NCBI GenBank assembly: GCA_963759245.1
Contig: CAVWYN010000003.1
Coordinates: 896,672 to 960,671 of the forward strand
Length of the DNA: 64,000 bases
Direction of reading: 5' to 3'
DNA from: Vulcanimicrobiota bacterium
GTDB taxonomy: Bacteria; Vulcanimicrobiota; Vulcanimicrobiia; Vulcanimicrobiales; Vulcanimicrobiaceae
Numbering within the stretch: the stretch's first letter is position 1; every line of letters begins with the position of its first letter. Made by a program: the position numbers and the translations under genes. Below, piece by piece: positions 17,517 to 27,003 of the stretch. The notes beneath the pieces were generated by a model. It saw only the letters and a program-made list of their open reading frames with translations. It was not told where the DNA came from and made no database searches.

Positions 17517-18455
17517 TTGCGCGAGGAGAGTCCCGTGACTGCATATCCCGGCGGCCGAATCATAGCGACGACCACACTGGCTGCTGCAGTTGCGTTCCTA
17601 TCGGCTTGCGAGAGCGCGACAAATAACAGAACGCTTCCCTCCGGCAATGGCCTTGCGACATCGCCGACGCACGAGCAGAAGTTCTCGTATACGGGCACAC
17701 CGCAGCAGTTCAACGTTCCGCAGAACGTATCGAAGGTTACGGTTGATGCTCTTGGTGCGAGGGGAGCCGGAACCAACGGCGCCGGAGCGCGCGTGCTAGC
17801 AACCATTCCGGTCACTCCGGGAGAGACGTTGGCCGTGTACGTCGGTGGACAGGGTAACGCTGCGAACGGCGGTTACAACGGCGGCGCGAGCGGCGGACCT
17901 TCGGGGCCGGGACAGGGCGGATTCGGCGGGGGAGGCGCGTCCGATATACGCGCGGGCGGCGACAAGCTATCCGATCGCATTCTCGTTGCTGCAGGCGGCG
18001 GCGGCACGGGCGGCACCGGCGCCAGCACGGGCGGCGGCGCGGGTGGAAACGGCGGCGCTCGCTTCGGCGGGAGCGGCCAAGGCGGCGGGGGTTCGACTGG
18101 AGCAGGAGGCGGGGCCGGCGGCGGTACGCAGCACCGCGGCGGCCATGCCGGCGCCGGTGGAAATGCGGGCTACTTTTACGGTTATCCCGGAGTTCGCGGA
18201 TCGCTCGGCAGCGGCGGAAGCGGAGGCGCGGCCGCCGGCTATGGTTCTAGCGCCGGGGGCGGCGGTGGCGGTGGCGGCGGCGGTTACTTTGGCGGCGGCG
18301 GCGGTGGCGGCGGCGGCAGCGACTCGTTCGTTGGCGCGAGCGGAGGCGGTGGTGGCGGCGGCTCATCGTACGTCGAGCCGAGCGCGCTGACGCAACACCA
18401 GTGGCGCGGCTGGAAAGATGCGACGGGCGATGGCGTTATCGTCATCCGCTGGTAA
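17517..18455 (+). CDS. glycine-rich lipoprotein
   Basis: Lipobox FLSAC, a structured N-terminal part (FSYTGTPQQFNVPQNVSKVTVDALGARGAG...ETLAVYVGGQG), then GGxGG-rich repeats up to G9 runs. Start uncertain (TTG 17517 or GTG 17535). Confidence 0.6.
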   Translation: MREESPVTAYPGGRIIATTTLAAAVAFLSACESATNNRTLPSGNGLATSPTHEQKFSYTGTPQQFNVPQNVSKVTVDALGARGAGTNGAGARVLATIPVTPGETLAVYVGGQGNAANGGYNGGASGGPSGPGQGGFGGGGASDIRAGGDKLSDRILVAAGGGGTGGTGASTGGGAGGNGGARFGGSGQGGGGSTGAGGGAGGGTQHRGGHAGAGGNAGYFYGYPGVRGSLGSGGSGGAAAGYGSSAGGGGGGGGGGYFGGGGGGGGGSDSFVGASGGGGGGGSSYVEPSALTQHQWRGWKDATGDGVIVIRW

Positions 18456-18813
18456 AGCTCCGGCCGACTTCGGCGATTACGCGGGCCGTTTTCCAGCGAA
18501 GGTGCAGAGCCTGCTGCGGAAGATGCGAGCTGCGATCAGGAAGGCGGCACCGAACGCGCAGGAGGCGATAAGTTACGGAATCCCGGCGTTCACTTTGAAC
18601 GGCAAGAGGTTCGTGTGGTTCGCGGCGTTCAAATCGCACATCGGCTTTTATCCGGGCGCAGCGGCGCTCGCGGCCTTCAAGAAAGAACTGTCGGGGTATA
18701 AGAGCGCGAAGGGCTCGGTGCAGTTTCCGTTCGACGAGCCGTTGCCGTTGGCGTTGGTCGATCGCATCGTGAAGTTCGCGGCGAGCAAGGTGAAAGCATC
18801 GGCACGAGATTGA
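18418..18813 (+). CDS. DUF1801 (YdhG-like) domain protein
   Basis: LRKMRAAIRKAAPNAQEAISYGIPAFTLNGKRFVWFAAFKSHIGFYP pattern. The start (18418 or 18430) overlaps the upstream gene. Confidence 0.65.
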   Translation: MRRAMALSSSAGKAPADFGDYAGRFPAKVQSLLRKMRAAIRKAAPNAQEAISYGIPAFTLNGKRFVWFAAFKSHIGFYPGAAALAAFKKELSGYKSAKGSVQFPFDEPLPLALVDRIVKFAASKVKASARD

Positions 18814-18897
18814 CGTCGAAGGTCTTGCTCGGCGCCGATCCGACGTCAAACACTGGCGTCTCCCTAACGTTCCCCCGGCGGCAGGCAGCCCAAGAGT

Positions 18898-19947
18898 TTA
18901 TGGGCCGAAAGCTAATGCAGTCGGGTTGCTCACGCCTTGGGAGATCGTGCGTAGCACGTTCTTGTGGCCAGGCGCGTACACCGTCACGCTGCTGGCGTTC
19001 GCGTTTTGGTTTGCCACGTAAAGATTTCCCGAGCCGTCAAAGCTCAGCATACCCGCGTGGTGCACGCCTTGGCGGATCGTCCGCAGTAACGACGTTTTGC
19101 CCGAGGCGTAGACTGTAACCTTACCATACTGGTTTGCAACATAGAGATTGCCGGCGTGATCAAGCGCTAGCGAAAGCGGCACTTTCACATTCTGAGAGAT
19201 CGTCCGCAGCACCGACTTTTTGCCTGGTGCGTAGACCGTTACGTCGGTATTATTGATCCGATTTCCGACATAGAGGTTGCCGGTGCCGTCAAACGCGAGC
19301 GCAAGCGGATCACCTACACCCTGGGAGATTGTCCGCAGTACCGACGTCGTGCCTGAGGCGTAAACCGTTACGTTGTTACCAATGTAGTTTACGACGTAGA
19401 GGTTGCCGGCGCTGTCGAAAGCCAGCCCGGACGGCCCGTCCAGGCCCTCGGAGATGGTGCGCAGCACGTTCTTGCTGCCCGGGGCATAGACCGTTACTCT
19501 GCCACTGCCGTAGTTTTCAACATAGAGATCGCCGGCGCCGTCAAACGCGAGCGCATTCGGTTGGTTCACGCCATTGGAGATCGTTCGGAGTTCGGACTTT
19601 TGGCCCGGAGCGTAAACCGTCACGGTGCTGTTGGCATAATTTGCGACGTAGAGATTGCCCGCGCCGTCAAACGCTAGCGCTTCCGGCCTGCTCAGGCCCT
19701 GGGAGATCGTCCGCAGCAATGACGTTTTGCCCCGGGAGTAGACTGTCACGGTGCTACTGCTGGAGCCGGTGTTTGCGACATACAAATTGACGCGCGCGAA
19801 CGCGGGGAGTGACGCCGAGTTTCGGGCGATGGACTGTGATGGAGCGAGGCTAGTCGGCACCGACGGGGAGAGACTGCTACCGGCGCCGCATGCAACCAAA
19901 AGCCCTGTACTGAGACATGCTCCGACAAAATTGTAGCGGTGTTTCAT
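18898..19947 (-). CDS. NHL-type beta-propeller lipoprotein (seven ~42-aa blades)
   Basis: Lipobox LLVACGAG, then seven tandem units of the form NLYVAN...VTVYAPG.K..LRTIS.G...P..LAFD..G. Confidence 0.75.
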   Translation of the reverse strand: MKHRYNFVGACLSTGLLVACGAGSSLSPSVPTSLAPSQSIARNSASLPAFARVNLYVANTGSSSSTVTVYSRGKTSLLRTISQGLSRPEALAFDGAGNLYVANYANSTVTVYAPGQKSELRTISNGVNQPNALAFDGAGDLYVENYGSGRVTVYAPGSKNVLRTISEGLDGPSGLAFDSAGNLYVVNYIGNNVTVYASGTTSVLRTISQGVGDPLALAFDGTGNLYVGNRINNTDVTVYAPGKKSVLRTISQNVKVPLSLALDHAGNLYVANQYGKVTVYASGKTSLLRTIRQGVHHAGMLSFDGSGNLYVANQNANASSVTVYAPGHKNVLRTISQGVSNPTALAFGP

Positions 19948-20391
19948 GAGCTCGAATCCTACTCTCCGAAGCTCGTCTTACGGCTCCGGGATGGATTATG
20001 CGCCTGCGATACATCTTCCGAAGAGTGGACCGCGCGTCATCGAGGCCTAAGCGAAGATCGCAGGACTGGCGCGGAAGGGACCGGCGCGGCGAGAAGGACA
20101 CAGCGACGAACAAACCATTCGACGCATTCGGGAACCCTCGGTCCCACCATGCGCCCTTTTGCTGCCGTTGTCAAGGCTTGCGAGGTCTTCGTCTCTCTTC
20201 GACGCAAACGCGGCGGCGGTGAAGTGCGGGGCTCTGAGTCGAGCATCGGGGCGCCAATATAATTTTAAACTTCGTAAGCAGGTTTGTCCGCACGACTGCG
20301 AGGGCTGCGCCTGAATATTCAGTAACGGTCGCCTCTAGGGACTACCAGCGCGGCGTGGAACTTTGCTAGCTCTCCGTTAGGAGGTTCCGAT

Positions 20392-20850
20392 ATGTTTCGA
20401 CAGGTCCAGACGCTCGCAGTACTTGCAGGTATTTCGATACTGACTGCATGCGCATCAGGCCAACCTTTTTACCAGGCGGGCTCGGGCGTCGCGCCATCTG
20501 CGCAAAGAGTGAGCTCTCCATCTTCGATAGCGCCCGATAAGGGCTGCGGAGGAGTGCACGGCGTGAAGGTTACGCCATGCCCAATCCGGCTCGGCCGGCA
20601 CACAAAGTCAGGTATCGTCGTGACCGTGAGCGGGCCCAGGGTCGTCAGTTCTGCGCTTGGCACCATCCAGTCGTGCTATAGCGGTTACAATTGCTACAAC
20701 GTAGCGCGGTATGGCAGCGGTCAGACTCAGTGGCTGATTACGTCGGGCAGTTACTGCGGGCGCGCCATCCTGGAGTTTGAGGGGGAAAATGCACGCGGCA
20801 GACACGTGGGATATGCGTTTCTCGAGATTGCCAACAAGTATTGCCCGTAA
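20392..20850 (+). CDS. small Cys-rich lipoprotein, function unknown
   Basis: Lipobox ILTACASG and RBS GGAGG upstream. No family recognised. Confidence 0.5.
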   Translation: MFRQVQTLAVLAGISILTACASGQPFYQAGSGVAPSAQRVSSPSSIAPDKGCGGVHGVKVTPCPIRLGRHTKSGIVVTVSGPRVVSSALGTIQSCYSGYNCYNVARYGSGQTQWLITSGSYCGRAILEFEGENARGRHVGYAFLEIANKYCP

Positions 20851-20889
20851 CGTATTTCCCTTGGACCAAGTGAAAGCGCAGCGGAAGGC

Positions 20890-22221
20890 ATGAATCGCCG
20901 TAGCTTCGTCAACCGCGCGACCGTTGGCCTCGGCGCGGCTGCGCTTGGCGTCGTCGGCTGCGCACGATCCACTTCAACGAACGAATCGACCGAAAGGACG
21001 AGCACTATGACGCAAACACTCGAACCCACCGGCAGCGGCGCGACCGCGATCCGTCCGTTTCCTAAGCTGAACGTTGCGGACTCGGAGCTCGACGATCTCC
21101 GTCGTCGGATCAAGGCGACTCGATGGCCGTCGCGCGAGTTGGTCAAGGACGATTCGCAAGGCGTGCAGCTGGCCACCTCGCAGGCGATCGCGGATTACTG
21201 GGGCAGCGGTTACAATTGGCGAGCGTGCGAGGCAAAGCTGAACGCAATACCCCAGTTCTTGACCGAGATCGATGGGCAGGAGATCCACTTCATTCACGTG
21301 CGCTCAAGAAACGAGAAAGCATTGCCGCTAATCGTGACACATGGATGGCCGGGGTCGATCATCGAGCAGCTCAAGATCATCGAACCGCTGACCGACCCAA
21401 CGGCGCACGGTGCGAGCGCAAGCGACGCCTTCGATCTCGTAATCCCGTCGATGCCGGGACACGGATTTTCGCCGGCACCCACGACATTGGGCTGGGATCC
21501 CGTGCGCATCACAAAGGCATGGATGGTACTGATGAACCGACTTGGCTACGATCGCTTTGTCGCGCAAGGCGGTGATTGGGGAGCAAACGTCACCCAAGAG
21601 TTAGCGTTGCTCGCCCCGACCAAAGTGATGGCCATCCACACGAACATGCCTGGTACGGTCCCTGCGGACATCTTGGCTGCCGCTAAATCGGGCACCAAGT
21701 CGCCGGTGGTCCTCTCAGGCGACGAACTCCATGCCTTCGAGCAGTTGAGCGATTTTTACGCGAAGCATCTCGGTTACTCGGTCGAAATGTCGAACCGCCC
21801 GCAAACGCTCTACGGGCTCAGCGATTCGCCAATTGCGCTCGCGGCCTGGATGCTCGATCACGACAAGGATAGTTACGAGATGATCGCGCCTGCATTTTTT
21901 GGGAATCCCGGTGGCCTCTCGCGTGATGACGTGCTTGACAACGTCACTCTCTACTGGCTAACGAATTCAGGAGTTCCATCGGCCCGTCTCTACTGGGAAG
22001 ATAGACTCGACTTCTTCGACGTCAAGGGTGTTACGATACCGGTGGGCGTGAGCGCGTTCCGGTACGAACTCTACCAGGCACCGCGCAGCTGGTCGGAAAA
22101 AGCCTATCCCAAACTCGTCTACTACAAGAAGCACGACGTAGGCGGCCACTTTGCCGCGTGGGAGCAGCCGCAACTCTTCTGCGAAGACGTTCGCGCTACG
22201 TTCCGTTCGGTAAGGGCCTGA
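20890..22221 (+). CDS. epoxide hydrolase (alpha/beta hydrolase with EHN N-terminal domain), Tat-signal-like leader
   Basis: MNRRSFV...GAAALGVVGCA leader, IRPFPKLNVADSELDDLRRRIKATRWP (EHN domain), HGWPGS oxyanion motif and GGDWGA nucleophile elbow. Confidence 0.85.
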   Translation: MNRRSFVNRATVGLGAAALGVVGCARSTSTNESTERTSTMTQTLEPTGSGATAIRPFPKLNVADSELDDLRRRIKATRWPSRELVKDDSQGVQLATSQAIADYWGSGYNWRACEAKLNAIPQFLTEIDGQEIHFIHVRSRNEKALPLIVTHGWPGSIIEQLKIIEPLTDPTAHGASASDAFDLVIPSMPGHGFSPAPTTLGWDPVRITKAWMVLMNRLGYDRFVAQGGDWGANVTQELALLAPTKVMAIHTNMPGTVPADILAAAKSGTKSPVVLSGDELHAFEQLSDFYAKHLGYSVEMSNRPQTLYGLSDSPIALAAWMLDHDKDSYEMIAPAFFGNPGGLSRDDVLDNVTLYWLTNSGVPSARLYWEDRLDFFDVKGVTIPVGVSAFRYELYQAPRSWSEKAYPKLVYYKKHDVGGHFAAWEQPQLFCEDVRATFRSVRA

Positions 22222-22257
22222 AACGAAACTATTCGCGATCCTTCTGTCTTTGGTAAG

Positions 22258-23205
22258 TTAGGGAATTCTCACGACCAGCTTGCCGCGTGTGTGCTTCGTC
22301 GGATCCACGAGATCCGATAACGCCTCTGGCGCTTCCTGGAACGAATAGGTTTTTCCGATTTCGATCCGCAACTCGCCGGTTGAAGCGAGGCGTGCGAGTT
22401 CGCTGAGGTCACCGGGCTGCGGCCTATTCTGAATGTAATGCACTTGCACGCCGTTTGGGTAGGCGCTCTGCTCCGGCCCGTACAGCGAGGAGACCAGCGT
22501 TCCTCCCTTTTTAAGCGCACTCGCCGTGGCCAGGAGCGCTTCCCCGCTGTCGACGACGTCGGCGATGGCATCGATTCCGTCGGAATAGCGCTCGCGCACT
22601 TGGGTGACGACGTCACCGGCAGTGTAGTCAACGACTTCACCGGCGCCGAGCGAGCGGGCATAATCTGTATCTTCGGGTCGCGCCGTGGCAATGATGTGAG
22701 CGCCGCGCATTTGCCCAAATTGCATAAGGAAGAGTCCGAGACCGCCGGTCGCACCAATGATCAGCAAACGCTGGCCCTCACGCAGGTCGAGCGCTCGAAG
22801 AATCGTCATCGCCGTTAGGCCCGCCTCGGGTATTGCGGCTGCATCAACAAAATCGAGCGCGTCAGGTTTTTTCGCGAGGCCGCTTGCGCGCGCGGAGATG
22901 GCGGCCAATTCGCCAAGCGTTCCGCCAGCGGTGAAAAATCCAAGCACCGCGTCGCCCGGTGCGTATTCCGTCACGCTGCCGCCGACGGTGTCGATCACGC
23001 CGGAGCCATCCATGCCCGGCACGTACGGGGCCTTTATGGGCACGAATTCCTTCACCGCGCCACTAATAAGCTTTACGTCAAAGGGGTTGACCGCGGCGGC
23101 GCGCATGCGCACGAGCACCGAGCCCGCTTCGACCTGCGGCGACTCGATTTCGCCAAAACGAAGCTGCGAAGGCGGGCCGTAGCCATCAGCAATCCACGCT
23201 TTCAT
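22258..23205 (-). CDS. MDR-family NAD(P)H:quinone oxidoreductase
   Basis: Zeta-crystallin-like pattern with GATGGLGLFLMQF cofactor motif. 315 aa. Confidence 0.85.
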   Translation of the reverse strand: MKAWIADGYGPPSQLRFGEIESPQVEAGSVLVRMRAAAVNPFDVKLISGAVKEFVPIKAPYVPGMDGSGVIDTVGGSVTEYAPGDAVLGFFTAGGTLGELAAISARASGLAKKPDALDFVDAAAIPEAGLTAMTILRALDLREGQRLLIIGATGGLGLFLMQFGQMRGAHIIATARPEDTDYARSLGAGEVVDYTAGDVVTQVRERYSDGIDAIADVVDSGEALLATASALKKGGTLVSSLYGPEQSAYPNGVQVHYIQNRPQPGDLSELARLASTGELRIEIGKTYSFQEAPEALSDLVDPTKHTRGKLVVRIP

Positions 23206-23321
23206 ACCGGCGCATGACCGGCCTGGGTCACCCGGGGTTGCGGCGCCGGAGTTAGCTTCGCTCGGCAGCTCCGGGCGATTCTTGACAAGATTGTCCAGAA
23301 TGTGTTATTCTGATTGGCGCA

Positions 23322-23918
23322 ATGCCTCGAACTAAAGAATTCGACCGCGACACGGCGGTGGAGACCGCGATCGCGGTTTTCCGAACCAACGGCTACCAAG
23401 CAACTACCACAGACGATCTGCGTCACGCCATCGGAATCGGTCGTCAGAGCCTCTATGACACCTTCGGTGGGAAAAAGCCCCTGTACGTCGAGGCACTCCG
23501 CTGTTATAACGACCAACGACTGGCGCTCTTCACCCGGCTCATTGCGGATGCGCCGTCGGCGCTCGACGGCATAACGGAAGTTCTGGTCGCGACGGCGCGT
23601 GAAAGCGCCCGCGAACGCTCGCTCCGCTGCCTGGGTGTTGAAGCGGCGTCAACGTTTTCAGGCGACGATGCCGAAGTCGGTGCCGTCGTAAACGCCACGG
23701 CGCGCGCGATGAAGGCGCTGTTCAGAGACGTCGTCGCGCGCGCAAAAGCGGAAGGCGCACTGCGACAATCGCTCGACGTGGACGAGGTCGTACGGCTTGT
23801 GAACTGCGTATTGCTAGGGCTGCGCGTCGCGGCGCGCGGCGGAGCGCCGCCCTCGGAGCTTCGTTCCATCGCCAAGACGCTCGTGAGGGGGCTGTGCACC
23901 GAGGAGACTGTGGCATGA
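23322..23918 (+). CDS. TetR/AcrR-family transcriptional regulator
   Basis: N-terminal HTH (YQATTTDDLRHAIGIGRQSLYDTFGGK). Divergent from the oxidoreductase gene. Confidence 0.85.
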   Translation: MPRTKEFDRDTAVETAIAVFRTNGYQATTTDDLRHAIGIGRQSLYDTFGGKKPLYVEALRCYNDQRLALFTRLIADAPSALDGITEVLVATARESARERSLRCLGVEAASTFSGDDAEVGAVVNATARAMKALFRDVVARAKAEGALRQSLDVDEVVRLVNCVLLGLRVAARGGAPPSELRSIAKTLVRGLCTEETVA

Positions 23919-24673
23919 GCACGACTGTTGCGACTGGCGCGCGCGCCCTAGAGGGCAAGGTCGCGCTCGTCCTAGGTGGTTCGCGGGGCATAGGCGCCGC
24001 AATCGTACGACGACTATCGGCGGAAGGCGCAACCGTAGCCTTCACGTATGCGGCGAGCCGCGAGCCGGCGGAGCTTCTCGCAAAGGAGATCTGTGCCTCG
24101 GGTTTGCGAGCACGCGCGGTTTGGGCGGATAGCTCTGACGCTGACGCGATCGCCGCTGCGGTCGAAAAGGTCGTCGGCGCCAATGGGAAGCTCGACATAT
24201 TGGTGGTTAATGCTGGGATTCTGATCACAGGTGCTATCGACGCCGTTTCGCTCGCAGATTTTGACCGCATGCTAGCGGTTAACGTCCGGGGTGTATTCGT
24301 TGCGGTGCAGGCTGCCGTCTCGTATTTGCCTGCCGGCGGACGCATCGTTACGATCGGGAGCGTCAATGCAGAGCGCGCCGCGTTCCCGGGTGCGAGCGTC
24401 TATTCGATGACCAAGGGCGCGGTCGCGTCGATGGTGCGCGGAATCGCGATCGACCTGGCACCGCGCGGTATCACCGTTGTGAACGTGCAGCCCGGACCGA
24501 CGAAGACCGATATGACGCCCGAAGAGTATATCCCGACCTTGCGAAAGTTAATCCCACTGCAACGGTTGGGCACCCCCGATGAAATCGCGAGCCTGGTTTC
24601 CTATTTGGTAGGACCGGAGTCGAGTTTCATCACCGGCACGAGCTTCACGATAGACGGCGGATATCTGTCATGA
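23915..24673 (+). CDS. SDR-family oxidoreductase
   Basis: GGSRGIGAA cofactor motif, NAG, and YSMTKGA (YxxxK). The start ATG overlaps the tetR stop (ATGA at 23915-23918). Confidence 0.85.
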   Translation: MSTTVATGARALEGKVALVLGGSRGIGAAIVRRLSAEGATVAFTYAASREPAELLAKEICASGLRARAVWADSSDADAIAAAVEKVVGANGKLDILVVNAGILITGAIDAVSLADFDRMLAVNVRGVFVAVQAAVSYLPAGGRIVTIGSVNAERAAFPGASVYSMTKGAVASMVRGIAIDLAPRGITVVNVQPGPTKTDMTPEEYIPTLRKLIPLQRLGTPDEIASLVSYLVGPESSFITGTSFTIDGGYLS

Positions 24674-24695
24674 TTTGGGCCGGAGCAGCGTCGAC

Positions 24696-25664
24696 CTAGC
24701 GGCTGGAAGCGGGGCTAACGACTGCGGAGAACGGATAGAAAACGCCGTTAGTAATCGTCTTCGTCGCCGCTCCGCCCGAGGGGTAGGGATACACTAAGAC
24801 GGCCGAGCCGCTAAAGAACTGATTGGCCGTGACGACGCTCGAGCCCACGATCCCAAACTGACCGACGGGGTCGCCTGCGCCCGTTAAGTGCGTCGTTCCT
24901 TGCAGCGTTGCCTTGCTGCCGGCGAACGTATACTGATAGATTGCCGCGCCGGCAGAATCGCCTAGTGCGACGTACTTCCCGTCCCATTGGATGCCGCCCG
25001 GCCCCGCGATACTCTGGCCCAACAGGATCGGATTGATCTTGCCGCCTCCCTTGCGCAGCTCGCCGAACTCGAAGCCGTCGCCGTAAGAGCCGAAGAGGCC
25101 GTCGACGTAAAGGTTCCCCTTCGGATCGTAGCCGAGGTAATAATAGTAGTAGAAACCGTAACCAACGTACGATTTTGGAAATCCCCTGGCTTTGCGATAG
25201 ATGGCGACGTTACCCGAGCGAGCCGAGTTGTCCGAATAGTTCGCCACCGCGAGATTTCCCGTCGTCGGGTCGATGGCACAGCCGTAAGCCCGATATGACG
25301 GATCGTTCACGGTATGGATCGGCTTCGTGCCGCCGTGTGCGTATTCGTAGATCTTCCCAAACTTGCCATCGGTGATGTAGACGTCGCCGGTCTTGTCGAC
25401 GCACTCGCCGTACGGCGTATAAAAGTTTTGGAGCGTCCCCACCAGCTTGCCCCTCGGATACGAATACACCGTAATCGTGTAGACGTTCGCGACGTAGAGC
25501 AGGTCCTCGCTCTTGGCTTCCGGCAGCATCCAGGATTGCTCCCGGCCGGCGTTTTGCGCGCTCGGCGCATTTTGTTGCACCGGCGGCGTGGTTGACGTTT
25601 GCGGTGCGCCGCACGCGGCGAGCGCCGCGAACGCAACAGAACCGAGCATGGAGTGCCGACGCAT
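24696..25664 (-). CDS. beta-propeller-like lipoprotein, subfamily A
   Basis: Lipobox ALAACG. Colinear with 33897-34889 and 42580-43548 (VYSYPRGK, IYEYAHGGTKPI, QWDGKYVALGD). Confidence 0.65.
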   Translation of the reverse strand: MRRHSMLGSVAFAALAACGAPQTSTTPPVQQNAPSAQNAGREQSWMLPEAKSEDLLYVANVYTITVYSYPRGKLVGTLQNFYTPYGECVDKTGDVYITDGKFGKIYEYAHGGTKPIHTVNDPSYRAYGCAIDPTTGNLAVANYSDNSARSGNVAIYRKARGFPKSYVGYGFYYYYYLGYDPKGNLYVDGLFGSYGDGFEFGELRKGGGKINPILLGQSIAGPGGIQWDGKYVALGDSAGAAIYQYTFAGSKATLQGTTHLTGAGDPVGQFGIVGSSVVTANQFFSGSAVLVYPYPSGGAATKTITNGVFYPFSAVVSPASSR

Positions 25665-25681
25665 GTTCGAAGTCTCCTTGT

Positions 25682-26905
25682 TTAGTAACTGAACTCCTGA
25701 AGCTGGTTGAGATTCGGGTTGTTGAAGTCGTTGACGTATCCCGTCCGATTTGAGGGGTTGACGGCGAGGTGCGGGACAATCACCGTAAACGGACTGATGA
25801 AGTTGAAGCCGTTGATGTACTCGACGAGTTTGCCGCGCTCGTCGTACACGATGACGGTGCTTCCAGTCGGCGAGAAGGTCGAGTTCAACTGTGCCACCAG
25901 AAACAGATGGTGGACCGGGTCGGCCGCTACGGCGGCGCCCTGCGTTAGGGGCCCCTTGCTGTAGAGCACGGGAATCTTCACGGCCTTGCCCTTTCCGGTC
26001 GACAGCTTATAAAACTCGACGTCCGTGTCGCCCGTGGTCGTCGTGCACATCGTATCCGTCGTGGGGTCGATCGCCATGCCGTTGGGGAAACCGAAGCCCA
26101 CGCCATAGAAGCTGCGCAAGTGCTGCCCCGTCGCCGCATCCATCACGTAAAAGGTCGGCGACTCGTGCGGGTTGTACCGGGGCCGGCCGAGATAGGCGAC
26201 TACCGCTTCATTCGTCGTGGCGTCTACCGCTGCATAGTTCGGGAAGCCGTTTTGGAAAAGGAAAGCCCTTGGGAAGTCCAGCCGCTTTCCCCAAGCGTTG
26301 CGAACGGTGTCGTACGTATACAGGCCGATTTGATCGACGCCCCGCTTGTCCGGGTAGCCGGCCATCATCACCTGACTCGACGAGGCCTGATTGTTCGTGA
26401 AGAAGTTCGGGACGATCCCGACCATCCGGCTCGGCTTCGAGCGCCTGGTGATCTTCTCGCCCGTCACGGGGTCGATCAGGTCGAAGTAATCGTTGCGTTC
26501 CAGCTGAGAGTGCTGGATCTCCTGGCGTTCCACGTCGACGATCCCGACGTCGTTCCCGGCGATCGCATCCGCCACGGGCTCCGGGTTGAGGCCATACGTC
26601 TTCTGAACGACTTTGGTGATCTTGCCGGTGGTTTCATCGAACGTTTCGATCGCGTTGATCGTGGTGCTTCCGAGCACAGTTTCCGTGAGCACCCCGTCGT
26701 TTCCATTCTGGTCGATGTCCCAGCCGAAGATTTGGCCCCCGAACTGTGACGTCACGACCGGACCCAGCGCGCCGGCGTTCCGGCGCACGTCTGCCCCTTG
26801 CAGCGCCGGCGCCACCGGCGATTGTGCCGGCAAACCCGAACCGCCACATGCTGAAACTAAAATCGCGAGTGCGCCGGCGTACGCCGGCTGCATGATGTTA
26901 CGCAT
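25682..26905 (-). CDS. lipoprotein of unknown function (beta-rich)
   Basis: Start trimmed to MRNIMQ (ATG 26905) with AAGGAG 8 nt upstream. Lipobox LVSACGGSG. 17 nt upstream of the next lipoprotein gene. Confidence 0.6.
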   Translation of the reverse strand: MRNIMQPAYAGALAILVSACGGSGLPAQSPVAPALQGADVRRNAGALGPVVTSQFGGQIFGWDIDQNGNDGVLTETVLGSTTINAIETFDETTGKITKVVQKTYGLNPEPVADAIAGNDVGIVDVERQEIQHSQLERNDYFDLIDPVTGEKITRRSKPSRMVGIVPNFFTNNQASSSQVMMAGYPDKRGVDQIGLYTYDTVRNAWGKRLDFPRAFLFQNGFPNYAAVDATTNEAVVAYLGRPRYNPHESPTFYVMDAATGQHLRSFYGVGFGFPNGMAIDPTTDTMCTTTTGDTDVEFYKLSTGKGKAVKIPVLYSKGPLTQGAAVAADPVHHLFLVAQLNSTFSPTGSTVIVYDERGKLVEYINGFNFISPFTVIVPHLAVNPSNRTGYVNDFNNPNLNQLQEFSY

Positions 26906-27003
26906 ACGGGAACGCTCCTTAACTTGCGCGTATGCTCGCGGGAAAGTATGAGGAAAGTCTGAAGCCGAGAGTGGCAGAACTGACCAAGTGATGACCGTCC
27001 TTC

